Below, one piece after another: positions 54,737 through 63,751 of a stretch of 64,000 bases of DNA. Source of the DNA: Candidatus Kerfeldbacteria bacterium (GTDB lineage Bacteria; Patescibacteriota; Patescibacteriia; UBA10025; JAHIVO01); assembly GCA_047946875.1 (NCBI GenBank), contig CP181398.1, positions 969,041-1,033,040 of the forward strand, read 5' to 3'. The position numbers and the translations under genes were made by a program. Each line of letters begins with the position of its first letter. Position 1 is the stretch's first letter. The notes under the pieces are model-generated. The model saw only the letters and a program-made list of their open reading frames with translations, did not search any database and was not told the DNA's origin.

Positions 54737-57700
54737 TTACTCTATTCCTGCCGCTGGCTGTGACTGCAAACCGCCACACTGCCATGAACCACCTAATTTT
54801 TTGCAACACTCTCCCCCCATACATGTATATCCTGTGGAACACGCTACTCCGCATAAACCACATTGATTTATATATTGCCCACTCTCATTACAATAATCAC
54901 TTCCATTACACTCGCCAGAGGGTGTGCCATCATAACATTGAACATCATTGAATGAATAATTACTCGTGTTTAAAAAATCATGGTACCGTTTTGGCCAGTC
55001 AGACCTATAATCAACACCGTCAAAACTAACAACAAACAACAGCCCATAGTCGCCTGGTACTACTAAATTTGCATATCCATCGTCATCGGCATCAGCTATT
55101 ACCGGATTAACAAACCTACTTACAAGATTAATTGGAAAATCTGGTAGCATGTTTCCATCTTTATCAAAAGCATAAACATAGCCAAATTCATTCATCCCGC
55201 AAATTATTTCAGAAATTCCATCTCCTGTAATATCCCCGATCACTGCTCCGCTCGCTAAGCCTAATTCACCAAAATCGTTAATGAAAACATCTTTTGGAAC
55301 TTTAAACCGTAACGTGGCATTGCCATTAGCATCAAGATCCCACACCGACAAATCATGGCCAGTATATACGATTTCTAAAGTACCGTCATGTTCTAAATCT
55401 GTCACTACCGGAGCTGCCTTTACAGTTGAAAAGGGGCTGTAATATGGATCAACTGGAACACCATACGGAGAATTACCAATATGATTACCAGAAGAATCAA
55501 GGATACTCATTCCTCCCTGAAAACCGAGAATAAGCTCTTCTGATGCATCTCCTGTTATATTTGCTAACGTTACCTCGGATAATTCCGGAAAGGTCATAGC
55601 ATACGAACCGACTGGGAAATTAACAATATTGTCATTGGTAGTTATGTCAATCGCGTGTATATCAGCCCAACGCTCGGAAGCAGTAGGTGCATCATAATGT
55701 AAAACTGTATGAATAATTTCTTTATTCCCGTCACCATTCAGATCTGCTACAGATGGAGTGGATTTTACTTTTATATCACCAGGTATTGCATAGGGTGCTA
55801 AAAAATCAGATCCATCATCGTTTAAAACATATCGTGTAATTCTGTCGCTCATTACAATAATTTCCAAATCACCATCACCATCCAGATCACTAACTACCGG
55901 TTGCGGTCCAGCAACAAAACCATAATAAAAATCTGAATAGCTTATACCATCACGTTGCCAAAGTATGGATCCGTCATCGTTATAGACATAAAAATTACCA
56001 TCCAAAGCCGCCACAAGCAATTCAAGATCTCCATTTTGATCCAAATCAACCACTACTGGCGAACCCCAGTAACCCCATTCATTTTCAACCGGCCAACCTA
56101 CTAAATCATTTCCTAAATGGTCAAAAGCGTAAATTTTTCGTACCGTTAATCCGCCTCCTTCAGAACACATTTTACAAGGTCCTGATGCAATAATATAATC
56201 CGTAACGCCATTCTGATCAAAATCAACCACCAACGGCGTAGTAATAAAAACTTCACCATCTCCAGTTAATTCATATATTATTTCAACATCCATGTTAGTA
56301 GTATTAGAATATGAATCTTCTATATGCCAAACATTTATTTTATCAACACTCTTTTCACCAGTATATGATTGAACTGTAAGCCGGATAGTAGAAGAAGATC
56401 CATGGTTTAATAACCTTGAATCATCTATTTGAGCTAATAATCCATTGGTTACCGCAGTAGTTGATTCAGTAACTAGTGTCCATGAATCAGGATAAGCATA
56501 ATTGCCATATTCAACCTTATAGCTAATAAAATCAGTTCCTCCAGCTGATCCCTCAATATTAATAACTTCACCTGAACCATCTATATGAAAATTTTTAAAA
56601 TACCTATCATCATAGTCGGGGCTTAAAAAAGCTAATGGTGGAGAATCAATCTGTAGCGCCTGATAAAGATTTATCCGACCGGTCCCAACATAGTCACTTC
56701 GTTGGCCAATTAATATATCATTTACTCCTGTATGCAGGATATTTTTAACATCTTGGGCATCCAAACTTGGATCTTTAGATAAAATTAAACCCGCTAAACC
56801 AACCACTTGTGGTGTGGCCATGCTGGTACCAGACCAAGAAGCATAATTATTTCCCGGCAAAGCACTTAATATCTCATGTCCCGGTGCTGCAACATCCACC
56901 CATGAACCATAAGTAGAAAAATAAGCCCTAGTATCATTACTATCAGTTGCTGCTACTGAAATAACAGCGTCATAAGCGGCGGGATAGTTTTGGGTGATTA
57001 TAAAATCATTTCCCGCAGCTGCAACTAAAACAACTCCCTGATCAGCTGCATAATCAATAGCTGCCTCTTCATCCGAATTATATGGACCACCATAGCTCAT
57101 ATTTATCACACTTGCTCCATTATCAGCAGCATAATGCAATGCCTGAATTGTATCACTTTTCAATAATGCCGCATTTCCATTAGTTCTCTTCCATCCTGCC
57201 CGTAACGGCATAATACTACAATCCTGACATACGCCGGCAATGCCTATTCCATTATTAGTTACTGCGGCTGCAATACCGGAAACATGCGTGCCGTGACCAT
57301 AAACATCCATTGGATCGCTATCCTCAATAGTACAATCCTCATCAGCCGCACACAACTCTAATGCAGTCGTTCCTTCCAGATTAACAAAGTCATAACCTGC
57401 CATCATATTAGCAGACAAATCTTCATGGTTATAATCAACGCCAGTATCAATAACCGCAATAATAACTGACGAGTTACCTGTTGTAATTCCCCAACCTTGC
57501 TCAGACTCCATTACTTGGTGAGACCACTGGTCAGAAAACATAGGATCATTAGTCAAGACATAAGAGTAATAATTTGGTTCTACATTTTCAATACTGGCAT
57601 CCTTTTCAAACTCCTTAATAATATCAACAATATTTTCATCTGCATCTTGGTCAAATTTAATCAAGAAGAGACCTTCCCAATTATGCTCTCCACGATCATT

Positions 57701-58132
57701 TGCATTAGGAACTAGTTGCTCAATGTTAGTCTCAAGTACCGGTGGCAAAGAACGGTTTAACTTAGATAGTGATAACAATTTTTGAGCAACTTCCTTTTCC
57801 GTATCAATGCCAGAATTTTTGGTAAAACGGACCAACAACTGACCTAATGCATAATTTTTTACTAATTCCTCACCGCAAGAGACAATTTCGCCATTTGAAT
57901 CCTTTTTTGAAATACACGGTATTTCATAATCAATAACTTCTTTTTCTTCTACAACATCAGGTATAGGTTGTAAAACACTTTTTTCTGTTTTATCGGTTAA
58001 ATCACCAATTGTTGTTATTAACGCAATTCCAAGTAGAGCTGCTGCTACCACACCAAACGCCAAACCTACAATAAGGCGTGTTTTGGTAGTTGACTTGGTA
58101 ATTGTTTCTTGTTTGTCAGGTTGATTTTCCAT
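54737..58132 (-). CDS. Membrane-anchored subtilisin-like serine protease (S8) with FG-GAP/VCBS-type repeats and a Cys-rich C-terminal tail
   Basis: N-terminus MENQPDKQETITKSTTKTRLIVGLAFGVVAAALLGIALI (signal anchor). Catalytic triad motifs VIIAVIDTGVDYNHEDL (Asp), YGHGTHVSGIAAA (His) and GTSMATPQVVGLAGLIL (Ser). Repeats DLDGDGDLEIIV, DLNGDGNKEII and DLDQNGDLELLV. C-terminal CGLCGVACSTGYTCMGGECCKK. Confidence 0.85.
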   Translation of the reverse strand: MENQPDKQETITKSTTKTRLIVGLAFGVVAAALLGIALITTIGDLTDKTEKSVLQPIPDVVEEKEVIDYEIPCISKKDSNGEIVSCGEELVKNYALGQLLVRFTKNSGIDTEKEVAQKLLSLSKLNRSLPPVLETNIEQLVPNANDRGEHNWEGLFLIKFDQDADENIVDIIKEFEKDASIENVEPNYYSYVLTNDPMFSDQWSHQVMESEQGWGITTGNSSVIIAVIDTGVDYNHEDLSANMMAGYDFVNLEGTTALELCAADEDCTIEDSDPMDVYGHGTHVSGIAAAVTNNGIGIAGVCQDCSIMPLRAGWKRTNGNAALLKSDTIQALHYAADNGASVINMSYGGPYNSDEEAAIDYAADQGVVLVAAAGNDFIITQNYPAAYDAVISVAATDSNDTRAYFSTYGSWVDVAAPGHEILSALPGNNYASWSGTSMATPQVVGLAGLILSKDPSLDAQDVKNILHTGVNDILIGQRSDYVGTGRINLYQALQIDSPPLAFLSPDYDDRYFKNFHIDGSGEVINIEGSAGGTDFISYKVEYGNYAYPDSWTLVTESTTAVTNGLLAQIDDSRLLNHGSSSTIRLTVQSYTGEKSVDKINVWHIEDSYSNTTNMDVEIIYELTGDGEVFITTPLVVDFDQNGVTDYIIASGPCKMCSEGGGLTVRKIYAFDHLGNDLVGWPVENEWGYWGSPVVVDLDQNGDLELLVAALDGNFYVYNDDGSILWQRDGISYSDFYYGFVAGPQPVVSDLDGDGDLEIIVMSDRITRYVLNDDGSDFLAPYAIPGDIKVKSTPSVADLNGDGNKEIIHTVLHYDAPTASERWADIHAIDITTNDNIVNFPVGSYAMTFPELSEVTLANITGDASEELILGFQGGMSILDSSGNHIGNSPYGVPVDPYYSPFSTVKAAPVVTDLEHDGTLEIVYTGHDLSVWDLDANGNATLRFKVPKDVFINDFGELGLASGAVIGDITGDGISEIICGMNEFGYVYAFDKDGNMLPDFPINLVSRFVNPVIADADDDGYANLVVPGDYGLLFVVSFDGVDYRSDWPKRYHDFLNTSNYSFNDVQCYDGTPSGECNGSDYCNESGQYINQCGLCGVACSTGYTCMGGECCKKLGGSWQCGGLQSQPAAGIE

Positions 58133-58179
58133 ATTTTTTATAATTTTATTAATTATGCTAAATATTAAATTTCTACCTT

Positions 58180-58208
58180 AACTATAGCACAAAAAAGCCC
58201 TTTAGTCA
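58180..58208 (-). promoter_or_regulatory. Copy 1 of the recurrent promoter cassette: TTGACT - 17 nt - TGcTATAGT (minus strand) ~45 nt upstream of the subtilase start
   Basis: The plus strand reads tttctaccttaactatagcacaaaaaagccctttagtcaa. The reverse complement gives TTGACTaaagggcttttttgtgcTATAGTtaaggtagaaa, a consensus extended -10 promoter. Confidence 0.6.
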
Positions 58209-58247
58209 ATTTGAAACTAAATATTTTTTTTATTTATTTAGATAATT

Positions 58248-58754
58248 TTATGGCACTGCTATTCCATCCGGATTTGCTACATGCATCCCCGGATTAATAT
58301 CATTAACTCCAACTTCAAGAGTATAAGTCATGTCATAATACATATATGGACTTGCTCCTATTCCCGTATAATTATATTCTGTTCCATTCAAAGAAGGATC
58401 TGTGGGAACTATTTCCATATAATCTGGTACCAACCCTTCAAAATTATCTGGATAATTTCCATTATTATCTTTATAATTTTCCAAAGCTTCCTGCATTTTT
58501 TTAATATCAGTAAGTCTTGTCTCATCTCTATCTGATGCTTCGTTACTTTCTTCTTCAGTTAACTCTTTGGCTGGTTCACCAATCGTTTCTTCGTTAATAG
58601 CAGTTGGTTGAAAAGATGTTTCTGGTCCAGTATTAACGATAGCTCCCTGATTACTTTCTTCCTGCCACAAAGCAAAACCAAACAGAATTAACAATGCAAC
58701 GACTGCAATGATTATAATAGTTGGAAATCTTTTTTCACTATTAATAATTTTCAT
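58248..58754 (-). CDS. Pseudopilin/type IV pilin-like protein (GspG-like C-terminal domain) with an atypical N-terminal anchor
   Basis: LTDIKKMQEALENYKDNNGNYPDNFEGLVPDYMEIVPTDP matches the GspG/PulG signature (AL..Y..DNG.YP...GL..L....P.DP). The N-terminal hydrophobic segment KRFPTIIIIAVVALLILFGFAL lacks the canonical G/FTLIE prepilin site. The ORF track starts at a TTG (58775); the first ATG is at 58754. Confidence 0.45.
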   Translation of the reverse strand: MKIINSEKRFPTIIIIAVVALLILFGFALWQEESNQGAIVNTGPETSFQPTAINEETIGEPAKELTEEESNEASDRDETRLTDIKKMQEALENYKDNNGNYPDNFEGLVPDYMEIVPTDPSLNGTEYNYTGIGASPYMYYDMTYTLEVGVNDINPGMHVANPDGIAVP

Positions 58755-58821
58755 ATTAGATAAATTATACCGCAAATAAAAAAGACTGTCGATATAATCA
58801 ACAGCCTTAAGTCAATTTCTT

Positions 58822-59835
58822 CTAGTTGAACATCCCATCAATAGCACTAATAGAATCATTAATATGAGTACGATAAATTGCTTCGCCAATGAGCTCACCG
58901 CATGGCACGATTGTTACCAAATCAGATGGCAAATCACCATTGCTCCGTCTAATAGAATCTGTCACATAGACATGTTTCAAGGCGCCTGATTTCTGAGCCG
59001 CTAATAATTTTTCGACACACTGTCCCGAAAATTGACCATGTGTAATAAATACATATACACCAATAACGCCCATTTCTACAAGTTTATCGATAAGTGCAAT
59101 CAACGTTCCGCCTGTATCCAAAATGTCATCAAAGATAGCAGCAATCTTGCCTTTAACATCGCCATGTATCTTCCGGATAGTTACTTTACCAGTAGTTGGG
59201 TGGCGATGTTTATCACCAACCACATAATCAAGCTGAAGATGCTTAGCATATGATTCTGCGATTGCACCGGCACCGATATCTGGGGCAACAGGAACCACAA
59301 GTGATATATCATCACCTAGCTGTTGTTTCAAAGCCCGAATGAATATATCTCTTGGGTAAAGTAAATCAGATGACGCATCCGAAAATACAGCTTGAACCTG
59401 TGGAAAATGCGGTTGCATTATCATGATATGACGTTCGGGCACACCACGCATTGCGTTTTCAATTTCTTGAACATTCATCTGCGCTGTTATTGGTACTCTT
59501 GGCTTATCTTTACGATCCTGCCTAAGCCCGGCCATAAATGGAAAGACTGCTGTAATACGACGCACAGATGAACCGGCTGCTCCTTTTGCAAGTAACTTCA
59601 TATATTTAAAGTTTTCTTCGGGAGAATTTGTTGGCTGTACTACATAAAAATCAGATCCTCTTACACTATCTAGAATCTGGGGTAAAAAATCTCCATCAGG
59701 AAATTTCTTGTCATCCCATTGAGTAAAATCAAATAATTCATCCCCTGACATTTCAATGATTTTACGCTTAATTCCTTGTTTCAAAGTCTCAGCACAAGCT
59801 GGTCCTGCAATTACTTTAAGTTGCACTATACACAC
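58822..59835 (-). CDS. prs: Ribose-phosphate pyrophosphokinase (PRPP synthetase)
   Basis: RRITAVFPFMAGLRQDRKDKPRVPITAQ (PRPP synthase signature region) and the PRPP-binding loop DYVVGDKHRHPTTGKV...AAIFDDILDTGGTL. Confidence 0.85.
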   Translation of the reverse strand: MCIVQLKVIAGPACAETLKQGIKRKIIEMSGDELFDFTQWDDKKFPDGDFLPQILDSVRGSDFYVVQPTNSPEENFKYMKLLAKGAAGSSVRRITAVFPFMAGLRQDRKDKPRVPITAQMNVQEIENAMRGVPERHIMIMQPHFPQVQAVFSDASSDLLYPRDIFIRALKQQLGDDISLVVPVAPDIGAGAIAESYAKHLQLDYVVGDKHRHPTTGKVTIRKIHGDVKGKIAAIFDDILDTGGTLIALIDKLVEMGVIGVYVFITHGQFSGQCVEKLLAAQKSGALKHVYVTDSIRRSNGDLPSDLVTIVPCGELIGEAIYRTHINDSISAIDGMFN

Positions 59836-60036
59836 TCCTTGTTTATTATATTAATGTTCTATATTTACTATATATTTTAATAGTTATATATTTTAACTCT
59901 GCCACCAAAAACTGTCAAACTTACTTGCAAAATTGCATTATTTCTATATAATAGTTAGAATGTTATTAATACAAGCTGGGATGGTGGAATCCCGCATAAT
60001 ATTGCGGGACAAGCTGGCATATAGTATTAATATCAT

Positions 60037-60123
60037 GCCGAGGTGGTGAAATTGGTAGACACGCTAGCCTTAGGAGCTAGTGCTTGTAAAAGCATGGGAG
60101 TTCAAGTCTCCCCCTCGGCACCA
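60037..60123 (+). tRNA. tRNA-Leu (anticodon TAG), class II long variable arm, CCA encoded
   Basis: GCCGAGGTGGTGAAATTGGTAGACACGCTAGCCTTAGGAGCTAGTGCTTGTAAAAGCATGGGAGTTCAAGTCTCCCCCTCGGCACCA. The 7-bp acceptor stem GCCGAGG pairs with CCTCGGC. Anticodon loop CTTAGGA. Long variable arm. T-loop GTTCAAGTC. Confidence 0.85.
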
Positions 60124-60326
60124 CTAATTTAATATTCTAAATAAACTAACCAGTCTTCCCAGCACCAAAAAATTGACTATTTACATATAATAGTCTTTTT
60201 TGATTTACAAATACTCATGAATATTATAAAACTCACATTCAACTTGAAAGAAGTTATGCGCTAAAGAAGAAAAACAAGTCATTCATAAATCAAATGACTT
60301 TTATTTTTTAAATATTGCAAGTACTT

Positions 60327-60355
60327 GACATCCTTTTAGTTTTATATTATATATA
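60327..60355 (+). promoter_or_regulatory. Sigma70-like promoter upstream of the 60436 gene (TTGACA - 17 nt - TATATA)
   Basis: The sequence reads ttgacatccttttagttttatattatata. Confidence 0.35.
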
Positions 60356-60435
60356 ATTACTAGCTCATTAAACATTTAAATACTTTTGTAACTAGCCATA
60401 GCCTCAAGATACTCTATTTAGGGTATTTTAAGACT

Positions 60436-61152
60436 ATGGCTACAAAAAGTGGTCCTCTAGTACTAACCTATTCAAAAAGAAGGAGACTAATGATGGGACT
60501 AATCTCAACAGACCAATCTTATCAGGTCATTGCCACTCTTCTTGCCAATACCGATTGGAATAAATTGGATTTCAATCTAAACGCATTGCAAGAATTAGTT
60601 GTTCGTAGCCCAAAAGAGGCTGGACGACATTTTACAGCCTTTCTAAAAAATGGTGGTCGAATGAACTTTCCAGTTTGGAAAATTATCCAACTTGGTAAAA
60701 ATCATAATACTGTTAATGATTATCTTAGATTAATCAGAGACAATTCTAGTGGCACCGCTGAGATATTAGATTTCATGCTAAATCATGATTCTTTCACCAT
60801 AGAAGATACGCCCACATATGTAAATTTAGTTTTACTATCTGTTGCCGATCTTGGCTTCCCACACGGAGCTAAATATGAAGAAGTCTGTGAAAGAGCCTTT
60901 AAGTATGGACTTGAACTCTGTCCAGCAGAAGTGGGACCACAATATGTTTTACAATATGGAAATCAAATAGAAAACGATGATTTTTCGATAGCAATGGAAC
61001 CAATTCATGATACCATCATCTCATATCTATTTAGTATTTCATTTGAAGACAATATTCCCAGGCTCACATGGAATAATGGTCACAAAAACTGCAATTATAA
61101 TGCTAAAAGCAAACTTGCATTCGTCAGCCGTAAGAAATTAGTTTTGTCCTAA
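60436..61152 (+). CDS. Hypothetical protein (238 aa)
   Basis: ATG start. No recognisable motifs. Followed by the terminator at 61168-61203. Confidence 0.5.
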   Translation: MATKSGPLVLTYSKRRRLMMGLISTDQSYQVIATLLANTDWNKLDFNLNALQELVVRSPKEAGRHFTAFLKNGGRMNFPVWKIIQLGKNHNTVNDYLRLIRDNSSGTAEILDFMLNHDSFTIEDTPTYVNLVLLSVADLGFPHGAKYEEVCERAFKYGLELCPAEVGPQYVLQYGNQIENDDFSIAMEPIHDTIISYLFSISFEDNIPRLTWNNGHKNCNYNAKSKLAFVSRKKLVLS

Positions 61153-61167
61153 GTATTTATATAACAC

Positions 61168-61203
61168 AACAACCTATACTAATATGGGTTGTTTTATTTT
61201 TTC
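61168..61203 (+). terminator. Intrinsic terminator
   Basis: AACAACCtatactaatatgGGTTGTT followed by ttattttttt. Confidence 0.65.
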
Positions 61204-61247
61204 CAATAAAAAAACCGCCTCACAATAAATGTAAGACGGTGCGCTGG

Positions 61248-61469
61248 CTATTTCTTGTCAGCTATTTCCTTCCTTAGAAAATTTTTAACAAACGATAATC
61301 CCCTGAGTCTGTCTTCAACAGTAACATTTGCCTCAATTGAATCTTGGACATCTTCCGGAAGATCAGGAAACCGATCTTTTCCACTTTCCTCAATTGCATT
61401 TAACAGTAGCTGTCCGGAAAGCAATTCTTGCTTTTCCATAATCATCCTTTCTTTTTGAATTTCAACCAT
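61248..61469 (-). CDS. Small acidic hypothetical protein (73 aa)
   Basis: ORF only. Its start overlaps the end of the upstream membrane protein gene. Confidence 0.35.
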   Translation of the reverse strand: MVEIQKERMIMEKQELLSGQLLLNAIEESGKDRFPDLPEDVQDSIEANVTVEDRLRGLSFVKNFLRKEIADKK

Positions 61470-62062
61470 ATAACCAAAGTGATCATCATAATTGATATGG
61501 AAACAGAATTAAAAATCATCAAAACCAAATCATTGATGGTAAATACATAGCTCAGCCAAAAAATCCCAGCTAAAATATAAACTATAATCATTCTGATATC
61601 AACCACTCCCGAATCCCGATTTCTCCAAATTTCAATTGGTTGTAAGGCCATGGTTCCAAGTACGCCCCAAGAAAAAATGAAAAAATACCATTCAATCCAA
61701 GGAATGATTAGGGATGTACAAACTGCAACGAAAATTAAAACCGTACTTATTTTTTCGATTTTATTATACCCCTTGAACTTCCAGAGGCCGATTAAAATAG
61801 GTATTAAGAAAAACCCTCGTGACAAACCATTAATTACCATGGTTAAACTTTTTATTTCAAACCCATAAACCACTCCGATTAATTGATAGCCGGCAAAATA
61901 AGCAAACCACACAATTGAAACAGAAGTTCCTTTCTGCTTCGACCAAATTAGCTTATTTTGTTTTAACATAGCCCAAACATTCCACCCGACAAAAACAAGA
62001 ATTCCAACAGCCCCAATGGTTTGAGCGTTCCAGCCAAAATTATTTATTTCAATCCAGTTCAT
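61442..62062 (-). CDS. Polytopic membrane protein (6-7 TM), Trp-rich, function unknown
   Basis: 206 aa, highly hydrophobic with many Trp residues at helix ends. Confidence 0.5.
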   Translation of the reverse strand: MNWIEINNFGWNAQTIGAVGILVFVGWNVWAMLKQNKLIWSKQKGTSVSIVWFAYFAGYQLIGVVYGFEIKSLTMVINGLSRGFFLIPILIGLWKFKGYNKIEKISTVLIFVAVCTSLIIPWIEWYFFIFSWGVLGTMALQPIEIWRNRDSGVVDIRMIIVYILAGIFWLSYVFTINDLVLMIFNSVSISIMMITLVIWLKFKKKG

Positions 62063-62073
62063 TTTATAACTCC

Positions 62074-62137
62074 ATTTTCAAAGTACATTTTAATAAAAGG
62101 AGAAAAAATTAATCTTCTCCTTGCGAAAAATGTGCTT
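62074..62137. repeat. Intergenic repeat element copy 1 (hairpin AAGGAGAA...TTCTCCTT), also present at 62941..63003
   Basis: ttttcaaagtacattttaataaaaggagaaaaaattaatcttctccttgcgaaaaatgtgctt compared with ttttcaaagtacattttaataaaaggagaagggtttaatcttctccttacaaaaaatgtgctt. Identity is about 90%. Confidence 0.6.
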
Positions 62138-62187
62138 TTGACTTAACGTTTTCAGCTTTCAACTAATTTGTTTTTAAGAAAGAAGAT

Positions 62188-62922
62188 TTATTTTAATCTT
62201 AGCTCATCAATATACAATAAACCTTGTTGAATTCCATTTAGTGAATTGTGCGTCCATTTTCTTTTAACGTCATAACCAAATTTTGGAGCTACGCTCATGG
62301 GATCGTTAAATTCTCCACCAAGGCTATAAGAAGGTATAACAACTACACCGCCTGATTTGAGATATTTTTTTGAATCGATTAAAAATCTTTCAAACAATTC
62401 TGGAGGTATTATCATGCTGGCAGCAATTGTATCTCCTTTTGGTGGTGTTCCAGGGAAAAATGGAATATTCCATAAAATCATATCTACTATCTCACTAATG
62501 TTCTCAAATAAATCTCCTTGGACAACGTGAATATTTTCTTCGAGTCCGAATTTTATTGCATTATCTATTGTATTTTGACAGGCAAGGAGAGATATATCAC
62601 TTGCTATTACTTTTTTGGCTCCATATTTAGCCATTACGATATCCATAAGGCCTGTTCCGCAACCCATCTCTATGGCAGTTTTTCCATAAAATAAATGATT
62701 ATTGTAGAATAAATATCTTGCATGATATCTCCCAGAAGCTAAAAAAGGATCCCATACTCCTTCGCCTACAATAAATCTATTTATGACATCTCCTTCTCCA
62801 CTAACATTAAAATCTATTTCATAGGTTTCATGTTGATGTTTTTGCCATTGTGTTAGAACTATTTCTTTTTGGATGTCGTCCATTAAAGTGAGATTCTTCT
62901 CTGTAAGTGTATTTTTTTTCAT
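62188..62922 (-). CDS. Class I SAM-dependent methyltransferase (methyltransferase-small/RsmC-like)
   Basis: Motif I IEMGCGTGLMDIV. Acidic motif II VIASDIS. Motif IV-like ILWNIPFFPG (NPPF-type). Confidence 0.65.
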   Translation of the reverse strand: MKKNTLTEKNLTLMDDIQKEIVLTQWQKHQHETYEIDFNVSGEGDVINRFIVGEGVWDPFLASGRYHARYLFYNNHLFYGKTAIEMGCGTGLMDIVMAKYGAKKVIASDISLLACQNTIDNAIKFGLEENIHVVQGDLFENISEIVDMILWNIPFFPGTPPKGDTIAASMIIPPELFERFLIDSKKYLKSGGVVVIPSYSLGGEFNDPMSVAPKFGYDVKRKWTHNSLNGIQQGLLYIDELRLK

Positions 62923-62940
62923 CTTAATTCTCCCATTTTA

Positions 62941-63003
62941 TTTTCAAAGTACATTTTAATAAAAGGAGAAGGGTTTAATCTTCTCCTTACAAAAAATGTG
63001 CTT
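62941..63003. repeat. Intergenic repeat element copy 2
   Basis: See copy 1. It overlaps the stop codon of the 63002.. gene and lies ~20 nt upstream of the methyltransferase start. Confidence 0.6.
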
Positions 63004-63580
63004 ACATCGGAATCTTGAAATGTAATAGTACCGCCGCAGTCGGATTGTCCGTAATCCCTGCCCATAACGATATTTTATTCAGACTCCCAGACCCAAGCTT
63101 CAGGTCTACTCGTGGTCCGAAGACCCACTTTTGAACATTATTAATATGATAATGTTCAAAATTCATCCCCATTGAGAAACCATCAGTGATTTCTGGCACG
63201 TCTACCAAAACGAAACCTTCTTGAAAAACATTATTAAAAGAAATTTTTTCCAGATTGAAATCATTAACGCTCAGACACGTAAACCTACCTTGTCTAAAAA
63301 ATAGATTTACGGAACCGTTTCCATTAACCGTACTATCAGCGACACGCCAATCGCCACCAATTTTTGTCGTTACAGTTAAAGGTCCAAACTTGAATCGTGG
63401 TCCAATCGCGATCTTTAGATTAGCATTCTTTAGTACGAACACTTCAAGATGAGATGTCCGATACCAAATGTTAATCTTGTCAGTAGAGGTACGAGATTCA
63501 TACTCTCCATGAATATTTCCCGCTACAGACATTGAGGTAGTAGCCAGAACCATCATTAGAACCAACATTACTGTTCTCAT
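63002..63580 (-). CDS. Secreted beta-strand-rich hypothetical protein
   Basis: The start was trimmed to MRTVMLVLMMVLATTSMSVAG (signal peptide). The ORF extends to 63646. Confidence 0.5.
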   Translation of the reverse strand: MRTVMLVLMMVLATTSMSVAGNIHGEYESRTSTDKINIWYRTSHLEVFVLKNANLKIAIGPRFKFGPLTVTTKIGGDWRVADSTVNGNGSVNLFFRQGRFTCLSVNDFNLEKISFNNVFQEGFVLVDVPEITDGFSMGMNFEHYHINNVQKWVFGPRVDLKLGSGSLNKISLWAGITDNPTAAVLLHFKIPM

Positions 63581-63690
63581 TTGAGACTCCTTTGTTATTG
63601 TTTCAATGTACTCTCTCCTCTTCTTTAACAAATAATCATATAACATAATTGATTTTATGTCATTTATGTCGTCATAGTATTGAAAATATT

Positions 63691-63719
63691 GACTTTTACT
63701 AAGAAATATGCTAATATTA
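63691..63719 (+). promoter_or_regulatory. Consensus sigma70-type promoter (TTGACT - 17 nt - TGcTAATAT)
   Basis: ttgacttttactaagaaatatgctaatat sits ~30 nt upstream of the ATG at 63752. Confidence 0.5.
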
Positions 63720-63751
63720 TGTTGACGAATAATCCGACATAAATCAGCAAA

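Noticed and set aside
59961-60036. Short direct repeat acaagctgg flanking a small hairpin (CCCGCAtaatatTGCGGG) just upstream of tRNA-Leu, considered as an integration att site
   Set aside because: The repeat is only 9 bp, no integrase is nearby and it does not overlap the tRNA 3' end. It is more likely part of the tRNA promoter/leader.
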